Below are positions 28,676-37,790 of a DNA stretch of 64,000 nucleotides, piece by piece (position 1 is the first letter of the stretch; every line of letters starts with the position of its first letter). The translations under genes and the position numbers were made by a program. Source of the DNA: an uncultured Gemmatimonadota bacterium (GTDB taxonomy: Bacteria > Blakebacterota > Blakebacteria > Blakebacterales > CAYUVJ01); assembly GCA_964519015.1 (NCBI GenBank), contig CAZFHZ010000006.1, forward strand, positions 18 to 64,017. The letters are read 5' to 3'. The notes below the pieces were generated by a model. It was not told where the DNA came from. It saw nothing but the letters and a program-made list of their open reading frames with translations, and ran no database searches.

Positions 28676-29614
28676 TCAGCCGATCGGACCGAGGTTCCAG
28701 CCGAGGGCCAGCAGGTGACCGTCGCCGAGCAGTCCCCCCGGGCGCCAGACGTAACTGAGCCGCCACGGCCGGGTCTGCCAGGCCATCCCCACCGTCAGGT
28801 CGAAGGCGCCGGGACCGCCGGCCAGAGAGGCGTCCACTCCCCCCGTGTGGATCAGGCCCACGCGCAGGGCGGCCTGCGGATGGGGGCGCCATTCCCCCCC
28901 ACTCCCCCAGACCACGACCCGGTCTCCGGCCCGGTAGAGCAATTCGGAGGAAACTTCCCACCGTCCGGAGGCGGGTGACCAGGCGCCCCCCGCCCGCAGC
29001 CGGACCGGCAGGTGCGTCCCTTCCCCGGAGGCGAAGGGGGAGAGCACCACTCCGGCGTTGGAGAGCCCGCCGCGCAGTTCGAGACCGCCCAGCCGGTGCT
29101 TGACGGCCACCGCGCCGGTGAGGGCGAAGGCGCTGGCCTGGTCGATCCGGGAGACGGTCACGGTCGCCCCGGCGCCGATCCGGGTGCTCCCCTCCTCCAG
29201 CAGCGGGAGGGCCACCGAGAGGGCGGCATCACCCGGGGTGAAGCTGCCGCCGAATACCCCCAGCCGGTCGTCCAGGGCGGTTCGGCGCTGCTCCCCGTAG
29301 GTGAGGGTGCTGAGCAGCAGGGCCACCGGCCGGCTGCCCAGACGGAGACGGGCGGCCACCGCCGCCCACTCCAGTCCGAGGGCGTGGGTGCCGCCGGCCA
29401 TCTCCACCGCCGGACCGGGACCGGAAACCACGGAAGGGTCGACGGCCAGTCCCAGCAGGTCACCCGCCAGGGCCTGCCCCCCCAGGGCGCTCCCCCGGGC
29501 CAGCAGCATCAGGTCGTGGAGGGGGATCGAGTTCTGGGCTCCGACCGGGGTGACCACCAGGGTGGCCGCCAGCAGCCCGAGGAGCGCGAGCCGATGCCGG
29601 CCGCCGCGGCTCAC
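28676..29614 (-). CDS. Exported hypothetical protein, beta-strand-rich (possible outer-membrane barrel)
   Basis: GTG start overlapping the response-regulator stop; signal peptide RLALLGLLAATLVVTPVGAQ; Gly/Ala/Leu-rich alternating pattern; no recognised family. Confidence 0.5.
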   Translation of the reverse strand: MSRGGRHRLALLGLLAATLVVTPVGAQNSIPLHDLMLLARGSALGGQALAGDLLGLAVDPSVVSGPGPAVEMAGGTHALGLEWAAVAARLRLGSRPVALLLSTLTYGEQRRTALDDRLGVFGGSFTPGDAALSVALPLLEEGSTRIGAGATVTVSRIDQASAFALTGAVAVKHRLGGLELRGGLSNAGVVLSPFASGEGTHLPVRLRAGGAWSPASGRWEVSSELLYRAGDRVVVWGSGGEWRPHPQAALRVGLIHTGGVDASLAGGPGAFDLTVGMAWQTRPWRLSYVWRPGGLLGDGHLLALGWNLGPIG

Positions 29615-30972
29615 AACCCGTACTGCCGGATCTTGTAGCGTAGTGCCCGGGTGGAGAGACCGAGCAGCTCGGCGGCCCGGGTCCGGTTGCCGCCGACGTT
29701 TTCCAGCACGCGCTCGAGGATTCTCCGTTCGGTCCGCTCGATCTGTTCCTTCAGGGTCATCCGTTCGACTTCGCTCTCCCCACTCCCATCCTCCTCCCAG
29801 CCGCTCCGGCCCAGGATGTTCAGGTGTTCCTCCCCCAGCACATCCCCTTCGGCCAGCACCACCGCGTTCTCGATACAGTTCTCCAGTTCCCGTACGTTGC
29901 CCGGCCAGTCGTACTCCATCATGGCGTCGAGCGCACCCTGGGTGATCCGCTTCGGAGTCGCCGGGTTGCGTTCCGCCAGCCGGCGGATGAAGTGATCGAT
30001 CAGGGCGGGGATGTCCTGTTTGCGCATACGCAGGGGGGGGATGTGGACCGGCACCACGTTGAGCCGGTAGTAGAGGTCTTCGCGGAAGAGGCCGTTGTCC
30101 ACCATCTCCTTCAGATCCTGGTTGGTGGCCGCCACGATCCGCACATCCACCTCGATCCGGCGGTTGCTGCCGATCCGCTGGAAGGCATGCTCCTGCAGCA
30201 CCCGCAGCAGCTTCCCCTGGAGGTCGGGCCCGAGCAGGCTGATCTCGTCCAGGAAGATGGTGCCGCCGTCGGCCGCCTCGAACTTCCCCTTCTGCATCCG
30301 GTAGGCACCGGTGAAGGCCCCCTTCTCGTGTCCGAAGAGTTCCGACTCGATCAGGGTAGGGGGGATCGAGGCGCAGTTCACTTCGACCATCGGACTGCGG
30401 GAGCGGGGGCTGTTGTAATGGATGGCACGCGCGATCAGTTCCTTGCCGGTCCCCGATTCCCCCTGGATGATCACCGTGGCGTTGGTGGGGGCCACCTTCC
30501 TCACCTTGCGGAAGATGTCCTTCATCACCCCCGAGGCGCCGATGATGTTCTCGAAGGAGAAGCGCTCGGTGACGATGCCGCGCAGTTCCAGGTTCTCCAG
30601 GCGCAGGGCCCGCTGCTTGAGCGCCTTGTCGAGCACGACCAGCAGTTCTTCGATGTCGACCGGTTTGGTCAGGTAGTCGAAAACCCCGTCCTTCATCGCC
30701 TGGACGGCCGTCTCCACCGTTCCGAAAGCGGTCATGACGATGACCTGCGTCTCGGGCCACGATTCCCGAACCCGCCGGGAGAGTTCAAGCCCCGAGAGAC
30801 CGGGCATCTTGAGGTCGGTCAGCAGCACCTCCACATCACCGTGGTCGCCCATCAGGGCGAACGCCTCCTGCCCATCGGGCGCCGTCAGGACCGTATGCCC
30901 CTGCCGGGAGACGATGGTGTTCAGCCCCTGCAGCGTGTTGATGTCGTCTTCCGCGATCAGGATCTTGGCCAT
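29611..30972 (-). CDS. Sigma-54-dependent response regulator (NtrC family)
   Basis: Receiver domain (LLTDLKMPG), AAA+ sigma-54 domain with GESGTGKE and GAFTGA (EKGAFTGA), C-terminal Fis-type HTH. Confidence 0.9.
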   Translation of the reverse strand: MAKILIAEDDINTLQGLNTIVSRQGHTVLTAPDGQEAFALMGDHGDVEVLLTDLKMPGLSGLELSRRVRESWPETQVIVMTAFGTVETAVQAMKDGVFDYLTKPVDIEELLVVLDKALKQRALRLENLELRGIVTERFSFENIIGASGVMKDIFRKVRKVAPTNATVIIQGESGTGKELIARAIHYNSPRSRSPMVEVNCASIPPTLIESELFGHEKGAFTGAYRMQKGKFEAADGGTIFLDEISLLGPDLQGKLLRVLQEHAFQRIGSNRRIEVDVRIVAATNQDLKEMVDNGLFREDLYYRLNVVPVHIPPLRMRKQDIPALIDHFIRRLAERNPATPKRITQGALDAMMEYDWPGNVRELENCIENAVVLAEGDVLGEEHLNILGRSGWEEDGSGESEVERMTLKEQIERTERRILERVLENVGGNRTRAAELLGLSTRALRYKIRQYGL

Positions 30973-30984
30973 GACGCTCCCAGC

Positions 30985-32832
30985 TCACTCGGTAAGGTTG
31001 CCGCCCACCCCCGCGGGGATCGGCGGTTCCTTGGGCAGGGCCACGGTGACCGTGGTCCCCCGCCCCTTCTCACTGTCGATCGAGATCCTGCCCCCATGCT
31101 CCTCCACGATCCGCTGGGCGACGGAGAGACCGAGGCCCGAACCGGCGTCCCGGGTCGTGAAGTAGTAATCGAAAATCCGCGACAGGGTCTCCCGGTCGAT
31201 CCCCTCCCCCGTGTCGCTGACCTGCACGACCACCCCCCCGCCCCGTTCCTCCCAGCGTCCGGTATGGAGGGTGAGTTCCCCCCCCTGCGGCATTGCCTGG
31301 AGGGCGTTGAGGATCAGGTTGAGGAAGACCTGGGTGACCCGGTTCCGGTCGACCGCCACCGGAGCCAGTTCCGGGGCGAGGCGCAGGTGGACCCGCACCC
31401 CCTGCCGTTCCGCGGTTTCCCTCTGCAGATGGACGATGTCGCTCACCAGGGCGTTCACGTCGGTGGGCTCGGGGGAGAGCACGGGGGGACGGGAGATGGT
31501 CTGGAACTCCCGGACCAGGTTCTCGAGACGGCGGATCTCCCCCGAGATCACGTTCAGGTAGGCCTGCTCCTCCTCCCCGACCCGCTCCCTCAACAGATGC
31601 AGGTTGATCTGCATGGCGTTCAGCGGATTGCGGATCTCGTGGGCCACGACCGAGGAGAACTTGGCCAGGGTGTCGAGGTGTTCCACCCGGCGGAGCCGCT
31701 CCTGGATCCGGCTGAGCTGTTCGACCATCAGGTTGAACTCGGTCGCCAGGGTGCCCATCTCGTCCCGGCCCACCACCGGGATCTTCTGGGCCAGGTCGCC
31801 GCGGCTCAACCGGTTCGCCCCCTCCACCAGGGCCCCCATCGGGCGGATAAGCCGGCGGGTGTAGATGAGGGTGGAGATGAGGGCCAGGGCCATGCCGGCG
31901 CCCACCACCGCCAGGATCTGCCATCGCATGGTGTTGACCGTGGCCTCCAGCTCCGCGACCGGCCGGTGGATTACCAGCGCCCAGGGACTCTGCCCGGTCA
32001 GCTGGTTCTGGAGGGTCAGGGAGACGGCGCTCATCGGCTCCCCCCCGGGGGAGGCGACCTCCGAGCGTACCTGCCCCGGCCGATTGAGCAGTGCCTGGCG
32101 GACCGACTCCAGGCGGGACCAGTTCGTCCCGGCGTAGACGATCGACCGGTCAGGATGGGCGACCACCAGGCCCTGCTCGTTGGTCAGGAAGGCGCTGCCG
32201 CGCTCCCCCACCCGGATGTCGTCGATCACATCCCAGATCGCCTTGACGTCCACCTCCGCGATGAGCACCCCGATCAGGTCCCCCAGCGGGGTCCGGAGCG
32301 GAGCGGCGGTCAGCACGGTGGGGGGTTCGTCCTGCCGGGGAAGCCGGGGGAGGGAGACGGTCTTCTCGTCCGCCATCACCATCCCCCAGATCTCGACGCC
32401 GTCGGGGGGAAGGCTGTTCGGTCGGGTGAAATCAGTGGTGGCCACCAGCGCGGCGGTGGTGTCCGCCGCGTAGAGGTGACGGAAGGGGGTGGTCCCCTCA
32501 CTGCTCTTAGTCTGGTTGAGGAAGCGGTCGGAGAGGGTGGGATCGAGATAGAGCTGTTCAAGGGCGAGGGCGATGATCCGGAGCTGCTCCTCGATCCCGG
32601 CGGCGAACTCGTTGATCTGTCCCTTCGCCTGGTTGGCCAGCTCGGCGTTGTCCTTGTACTGGGTGTCGAGGATGGTCCGCCGCGCGATACTCACCAGCAG
32701 CAGTCCGAGGACGGCGATCGGCACCGTCACCAGCACCATGTGGTGGAGGAAGAGCCGGCGGAAGAGCCCCCCGACCAGGGGGAGGCGCTGCCCGAAGGGG
32801 TCGGCCCGGCGGCTCTTCATTTGCGCCGCCAT
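30985..32832 (-). CDS. Sensor histidine kinase with large periplasmic domain and HAMP
   Basis: Two TM segments flanking a ~280-aa periplasmic region; HisKA (SVVAHEIRNPLNAM) and HATPase_c (N, G1 DTGEGI, G2 GSGLGL) boxes. Confidence 0.85.
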   Translation of the reverse strand: MAAQMKSRRADPFGQRLPLVGGLFRRLFLHHMVLVTVPIAVLGLLLVSIARRTILDTQYKDNAELANQAKGQINEFAAGIEEQLRIIALALEQLYLDPTLSDRFLNQTKSSEGTTPFRHLYAADTTAALVATTDFTRPNSLPPDGVEIWGMVMADEKTVSLPRLPRQDEPPTVLTAAPLRTPLGDLIGVLIAEVDVKAIWDVIDDIRVGERGSAFLTNEQGLVVAHPDRSIVYAGTNWSRLESVRQALLNRPGQVRSEVASPGGEPMSAVSLTLQNQLTGQSPWALVIHRPVAELEATVNTMRWQILAVVGAGMALALISTLIYTRRLIRPMGALVEGANRLSRGDLAQKIPVVGRDEMGTLATEFNLMVEQLSRIQERLRRVEHLDTLAKFSSVVAHEIRNPLNAMQINLHLLRERVGEEEQAYLNVISGEIRRLENLVREFQTISRPPVLSPEPTDVNALVSDIVHLQRETAERQGVRVHLRLAPELAPVAVDRNRVTQVFLNLILNALQAMPQGGELTLHTGRWEERGGGVVVQVSDTGEGIDRETLSRIFDYYFTTRDAGSGLGLSVAQRIVEEHGGRISIDSEKGRGTTVTVALPKEPPIPAGVGGNLTE

Positions 32833-34496
32833 CGGGCCAGGGGTTCCAGGCGCAGCCTCATCTGCCCCACGCTCCGCAGTTCCACGACATCCCCATCCAC
32901 GACCCAGTACTGCTGCGTGGAGAAGTAGAGGGGTATCAGGGGAGCGTCTTCTTCGAACCGGTTGAGAGCTCCCTGCCAGTACAATTCGGGATTACTCCCC
33001 GCCCCCTGCATCACCGCGACCAGGTTCGAGTTGAAGTTGGGGCTGCGATAGCGCACGAAGTTGGTCCCCTCCGCGATCGCCGCCGCTCCGAACCAGTGCC
33101 GGAAGGCCTCCGGCGTGGGGGGCATCGTCATTTCATAGATGGCCAGGTCGTACTCCCCCGAACGCAGGCGACCCCGGAGCTCATCCGGGCTGACCGGGAT
33201 CGCCTCGATCAGGAAACCGAGCCGCTGCAGGTCGTTCTTGATGTTCCGGGCCATCTCCTCGTACATGGCGACGTGATCGGGGTAGTGGAGCCGGAGTTGG
33301 ACAGACCGGCCTGACGGATCGGTCAGTACGTCACCCGAGTGGCTGAATCGGAGCTGGGTCAGCAGGTTCATCGCCGGCCGGCGGCGCGGACGCCCCGACA
33401 CCCCTTCATCGGGGGGACGCGGCTGGATCGGCAGGTTGGCGATGGGGGAGAGTTCGCGAGGGACTCCCAGCCGGAGTCCTTCCCGGTCGATGGCCAGACG
33501 GATCGCGTAACGTACCTCGCTCTGGACCAGCAGCGGGGACTCGTTGTTGAAAGCCAGGTAGTAGAAGTGATCGGGCCTCGGGAAGTACCGGAAGTGCAGG
33601 TTGCGGCGGCTGGTCGACTGCGCCTGCAGCTCGGCGCTGGCCTGCCAGGTCAGCAGGCCGGCCACGTCCACCTCACCGGTGACCACGCCCTGGATGAGCT
33701 GCCGCTCGGTGGCATAGAAGTGGATGGTCACTTCCCGGATGGCGGGGCGTCCCTGGAAGTAGCGGTCGAAGGAACGGAGCGTGATGACCCGGTACCGACC
33801 TTCCGGACCGGGCTGAGGCTGCCCGATCTCGAAGGTGTAACCACCCAGACCGACCGGCTGCAGGAACGCCCGGGAGAGGGCCTCGCGCATCGTGGCGAGG
33901 TCCCCCCGGATGCTTCTGGCGGTCTCGGCGGGCAACGGCACCACCCGGGCCACCCGGTAGGGCTGCTCCCGCCGGCGCCGGGAATCCATGGTGAAGGTGA
34001 TCGAACCGTCCTGGTTGACCACCACCGTGCTGACCAGGCCGAAGGCGGGATCCACGTCGGGATCGCCCGCCAGGGCGAGCCGCCGGTAGAGATCGATCGT
34101 CTCCCGCACGTCCTGCGGATCGAGTTCGCTCTCGTTCTGGAAACGCACCCCCTCCCGGAGCTTGAGCGTCCAGCTCCCCCGGACCGTCTCCTCGGCGAAT
34201 GAGGTGACCAACTGCAGCACCGGTTCCTCCCCGGGAGTCGTGTTGTGGCCAATCAGGCCCGGTCCATAGACCTGGCGCATGATCCAGGCGTAGGCCCCGT
34301 CGGTCTGCAGGTCGGGGGGGAGGGGAAGAAAGTTGCCGGCAGCGACGAACCCGATGCGCAGCTCGCGCTGCTGGGGGGGGAGGGGGCGGGGAGCGGGGTA
34401 CACCTCGCCGCCGGGTGCGTCCGGTCGGGACCCACCCAGGACGACCAGGGCCGCCAGGGAGAACACGGCCCCGCACTTTCGACCGCTGGTCCTCAT
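32817..34496 (-). CDS. Periplasmic solute-binding protein, family 5 (peptide/nickel/opine type), orphan (no permease/ATPase adjacent)
   Basis: SBP_bac_5 length and architecture; signal peptide from MRTSGRKCGAVFSLAALVVLGGS; overlaps the histidine-kinase start by 16 nt. Confidence 0.65.
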   Translation of the reverse strand: MRTSGRKCGAVFSLAALVVLGGSRPDAPGGEVYPAPRPLPPQQRELRIGFVAAGNFLPLPPDLQTDGAYAWIMRQVYGPGLIGHNTTPGEEPVLQLVTSFAEETVRGSWTLKLREGVRFQNESELDPQDVRETIDLYRRLALAGDPDVDPAFGLVSTVVVNQDGSITFTMDSRRRREQPYRVARVVPLPAETARSIRGDLATMREALSRAFLQPVGLGGYTFEIGQPQPGPEGRYRVITLRSFDRYFQGRPAIREVTIHFYATERQLIQGVVTGEVDVAGLLTWQASAELQAQSTSRRNLHFRYFPRPDHFYYLAFNNESPLLVQSEVRYAIRLAIDREGLRLGVPRELSPIANLPIQPRPPDEGVSGRPRRRPAMNLLTQLRFSHSGDVLTDPSGRSVQLRLHYPDHVAMYEEMARNIKNDLQRLGFLIEAIPVSPDELRGRLRSGEYDLAIYEMTMPPTPEAFRHWFGAAAIAEGTNFVRYRSPNFNSNLVAVMQGAGSNPELYWQGALNRFEEDAPLIPLYFSTQQYWVVDGDVVELRSVGQMRLRLEPLARWRRK

Positions 34497-35341
34497 GGGT
34501 CGAGGGTGTCCTCCTGCCCCGGGACGTCCTCGCTCCGCCGCCGCCCGTGGGAGATCCACTCGGGGTCGGCGAACCGCTCCCGGAGTCCGCGGGCCCGCCG
34601 CTCCTCGGCGGGCTGCAGTCCCCCGGGCTCCAGCACCACGTCGAGCGAGCGGGCGAATCCCTCCGCGAACGGCGGGGCCAGCTCGGCGGCATCGATCGTG
34701 CGGCCCAGGAGCGCGGAGCAGTCTACCGTCGCCTGGCGCAGCGCCGCTTCTTCGGCCCGGGGATCGGGGCTCTCCAGGTACCAGGGGAGCCGCAGGTGCT
34801 CTCCTCCCAGCAGGATGGAACCGTGCTGCATCAACCAGCCTCCCCGCCGCCGCTGTGCGGAGCCTACCACTTTGCGGCCGCCGGCGACCAGTTCATACCG
34901 GCCGGCGGCGGTGAAACAGGGATTGCGGGTCTCCAGCCCGGCGGCCCTCGTCCGGCGCGTCTTCTCCAGTCCCACCTCGATCCCGACGGAGGCCAGACCG
35001 GCCTTCAGCCCCCCGGCCAGCCAGCGGTAGGCGGCCAGGGTACCCCCCGGAGGGGCCGGTGCGGTGACGCTGTAGGTGAGTTCTTCGGCGTGCAGGATGG
35101 CCCGGCCGCCGGTCGGTCGCCGGACGACCCCGTAACCGTCCCGCTCCAGCCGGGTCCAGTCCACCTTCGGCCCGCCGCGCTGGTTGGCGCCCAGCGAGAG
35201 GGTGTGGGGCCGCCAGGTATAGAGCCGAAGCGTCGGTCCGCCCCCCCTTTCGGCCTCGAGCAGGAGGGCTTCGTCCACCGCCATGTTCCAGGCCCCGTCG
35301 GCCGCTGGATCGAGCATCAGCCGCCAGAGAGGCCGGTTCAT
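34493..35341 (-). CDS. Lipoate-protein ligase family protein (BPL/LPL catalytic domain)
   Basis: BPL_LplA_LipB fold motifs (RRPTGGRAILH, GRKVVGSAQRR); 4-bp overlaps on both sides. Confidence 0.7.
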   Translation of the reverse strand: MNRPLWRLMLDPAADGAWNMAVDEALLLEAERGGGPTLRLYTWRPHTLSLGANQRGGPKVDWTRLERDGYGVVRRPTGGRAILHAEELTYSVTAPAPPGGTLAAYRWLAGGLKAGLASVGIEVGLEKTRRTRAAGLETRNPCFTAAGRYELVAGGRKVVGSAQRRRGGWLMQHGSILLGGEHLRLPWYLESPDPRAEEAALRQATVDCSALLGRTIDAAELAPPFAEGFARSLDVVLEPGGLQPAEERRARGLRERFADPEWISHGRRRSEDVPGQEDTLDP

Positions 35342-35997
35342 CCCCCTCCCTTCGATCCGCGTCCCGGCCGGTTCAGCCCGAGCCGGGCGAGGGCGGAGCG
35401 GGCAGCCTCCTGCTGTGCCTGTTTCTTGGAAACCCCGCTACCCGATCCCAGCACTTCGCGGTTGAGCATCACCTCCACGGTGAACCGCTTCCGGTGGTCG
35501 GGACCTTCCTCGCGGGCCGTCCGGTAGGAGAGGTGACCGATCTTGCGCCGCTGTACGTGTTCCAGGAGCAGACTCTTGTAGTTGCCCAGGTCGGGCAGCT
35601 CGGTCACTTCCGGCAGCCGGTTGACCACCCGGGCCAGGACGAGCCGGCGGGCGGGCTCCAGCCCACCGTCCAGGAAGACCGCTCCGATGAGCGCTTCCAG
35701 AGCATCGGCCAGGATGCTCGGACGGTCCCGGCCCCCGGTCTCCGCCTCGTTGACCGAGAGTCGCAGTCCCTCCCCGATCCCGAGGTCCCGGGCGCTCTTC
35801 TCCAGGCCCTGCCGGGAGACGAGCAGCGACTTGAGCTGGGTGAGGTCCCCTTCCTGCTTGGAGGGGAAACGATGGAAGAGTTCGAGGGCGACGATGAGGT
35901 CGAGGACGGTGTCCCCGAGGAACTCGAGACGTTCGTTGGAGACCCGATCCTCCCCTCCCCGGCTGCCGATGATGGACCGGTGGGAGAGAGCCTCCAC
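35338..35997 (-). CDS. rnc: Ribonuclease III
   Basis: NERLEFLGDTVLDLIVALELFHRFP signature, dsRBD at the C-terminus. The ORF-track start is a GTG; conserved N-terminal residues (LERRLGYRFRDPRLLVEAL) continue upstream without ATG/GTG/TTG, so the true start may be non-canonical (CTG/ATA) near 36070. Confidence 0.85.
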   Translation of the reverse strand: MEALSHRSIIGSRGGEDRVSNERLEFLGDTVLDLIVALELFHRFPSKQEGDLTQLKSLLVSRQGLEKSARDLGIGEGLRLSVNEAETGGRDRPSILADALEALIGAVFLDGGLEPARRLVLARVVNRLPEVTELPDLGNYKSLLLEHVQRRKIGHLSYRTAREEGPDHRKRFTVEVMLNREVLGSGSGVSKKQAQQEAARSALARLGLNRPGRGSKGGG

Positions 35998-36103
35998 GAG
36001 CAGGCGCGGGTCTCGAAAGCGGTAGCCCAGTCTGCGCTCGAGCGCCGCTATGGGCGGCGGAAGCCGGACCGGTCGGGTGAGCAGCCGCCGCAGGCGGCGG
36101 GGG

Positions 36104-37354
36104 TCAAACCGTTTCGTCGAATCGCCTCACTGCGAGGGTCACGTTATGGCCCCCGAAACCGAAACTGTTGCTCAACCCCACCTCGAAAGCCCGCTCCACG
36201 GGGGCGTTCGGGGTGTAGTTCAGCGTGCATTCGGGGTCCGGGATCTCATAATTGATCGTGGGCGGGATCCGCCCTTCGCGTACCGCCAGGGTCAGGAAGA
36301 TGAACTCCACCGCGCCGCTGGCGCCGAGCAGATGGCCCGTCATCGATTTGGTGCTGCTGATGTTCAACTCACCGGCTCCGGGCCCGAAGACCTCGCCGAT
36401 GGCCAGACTCTCGACCGCGTCGTTGTACCGGGTGCTTGTTCCGTGGGCGTTGATGTAGCCGACCTCTTCGGGGGCGGCCCCGGACATCCGCAGCGCCATC
36501 CGCATGCTATCCGCCATCCCCTCCCCCTTCGGGTCGGGAGTGGTCATGTGATAGGCGTCGGCCGTCTGCCCGCCGCCGATGAACTCGGCGTAGATGCGTG
36601 CCCCGCGGGCCCGGGCGTGCTCCAGGGTCTCCAGCACCACCAGGCCGGCCCCTTCGGCCATGATGAAGCCGTCGCGCCCGGCGTCGAAGGGACGGCTGGC
36701 GCGCTGCGGTTCGTCGTTACGCGTGCTGAGTGCCTTCATGGCGCAGAAACCGCCCACGGCCAGCGGGGTGATCGGAGCCTCGGTCCCCCCGGCCAGCATG
36801 ATGTCGGCGTACCCGAGCTGCAGCAGGTTCCAGGCGTCGAGCAGGGCGTGAGCAGCGGAGGCGCAGGCGGAGACGGTGGAGTAGTTGGGTCCCCGCAGCC
36901 CGTAGCGGATGCTGATGTCGCCGGCCGCCATGTCACCGATCATCATCGGGACGAAGAAGGGACTGATACGGTCGGGCCCCTTCGCGGCGAGGACGTTGGC
37001 CTGGTCCTCCAGGGTCTTGATGCCGCCGATACCAGAGGCGATGATGACGCCGAAACCGCGGCGGTCGATCCGCTCCAGGTCGATCCCGCTGTCCTGGAGC
37101 GCCTCCGCGGCCGCGATGTTGGCATAGACCAGGAAGGGGTCGGCGCGACGGGCCTCCTTCCGCTCCATCCGGCTGCGCTCGAGGTCGAAGGGGAGCACCT
37201 CGGCGGCGATACGCGTGGTATAGGCGGAGGCGTCGAACCGGGTGATCGGTCCGACCCCGGAACGCCCTGCCAACACGCTCTCCCACGACTGCCGGGTGTC
37301 GACACCCACGGGGGACAGTGTACCCAGACCCGTCACGACGATACGTCGTCGCAC
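36104..37354 (-). CDS. fabF: 3-oxoacyl-ACP synthase II
   Basis: Full-length KAS II; active-site Cys region, ...NSFGFGGHNVTLAV C-terminus. Confidence 0.95.
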   Translation of the reverse strand: MRRRIVVTGLGTLSPVGVDTRQSWESVLAGRSGVGPITRFDASAYTTRIAAEVLPFDLERSRMERKEARRADPFLVYANIAAAEALQDSGIDLERIDRRGFGVIIASGIGGIKTLEDQANVLAAKGPDRISPFFVPMMIGDMAAGDISIRYGLRGPNYSTVSACASAAHALLDAWNLLQLGYADIMLAGGTEAPITPLAVGGFCAMKALSTRNDEPQRASRPFDAGRDGFIMAEGAGLVVLETLEHARARGARIYAEFIGGGQTADAYHMTTPDPKGEGMADSMRMALRMSGAAPEEVGYINAHGTSTRYNDAVESLAIGEVFGPGAGELNISSTKSMTGHLLGASGAVEFIFLTLAVREGRIPPTINYEIPDPECTLNYTPNAPVERAFEVGLSNSFGFGGHNVTLAVRRFDETV

Positions 37355-37403
37355 GTTCGACCTGCTTTCGAGGCAGTGGACCGGTGGTGGCCGGTCGCGA
37401 CGG

Positions 37404-37643
37404 TTACTGATTCAGGTGCTGGTCCAGGTAGGCGACCGCTTCGCCGACGGTGCGCATCTTCTCCGCGTCCTCGTCGGGGATCTCGAGGTCGAACTCCTCC
37501 TCGAAAGCCATGACCAGCTCGACGGTGTCCAGGGAGTCGGCGCCCAGGTCGTCGACGAACGAGGCTGCGGCGGTCACCTGTTCGGCATCCACGCCGAGCT
37601 GCTCGACGATGATGTTCTTGACGCGTTCCTCGATGCTTGCCAT
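37404..37643 (-). CDS. acpP: Acyl carrier protein
   Basis: [18 protein letters not shown]...[19 protein letters not shown] with the phosphopantetheine Ser in DSLD. Confidence 0.95.
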   Translation of the reverse strand: MASIEERVKNIIVEQLGVDAEQVTAAASFVDDLGADSLDTVELVMAFEEEFDLEIPDEDAEKMRTVGEAVAYLDQHLNQ

Positions 37644-37738
37644 ACGGGACTCCTTGTGCCTGTCACGGGGTTGGGGTGGTTCTTCCCCCGGAGCCGGCGG
37701 CTCCGACCCCCGCAGTTTATGCAATCCGGGCCTCTTGT

Positions 37739-37774
37739 CTAGTGTCCTGAGTCAGAATTTCGCATCATTTCGTT
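37739..37774 (-). promoter_or_regulatory. Conserved AT-rich ~36-nt intergenic element, copy 1 (between fabG and acpP)
   Basis: CTAGTGTCCTGAGTCAGAATTTCGCATCATTTCGTT on + strand; 33/36 identical to the copy at 42806..42841; lies in the sense orientation of acpP, ~95 nt upstream of its ATG. Confidence 0.5.
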
Positions 37775-37790
37775 GTGCCGACGTCCTTTA

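Noticed and set aside
28676-30760. 694-aa minus-strand ORF spanning the response-regulator gene
   Set aside because: Only its C-terminal third (28676..29614) has protein-like composition and a signal peptide. The upstream part overlaps the well-supported NtrC-type regulator in another frame. It was split at the GTG that overlaps the regulator stop.
27552-32832. PhoR/PhoB phosphate two-component system next to alkaline phosphatase
   Set aside because: The regulator is sigma-54-dependent NtrC-type with GAFTGA, not an OmpR/PhoB winged-helix regulator. No Pho-box-like direct repeats were seen upstream of phoA.
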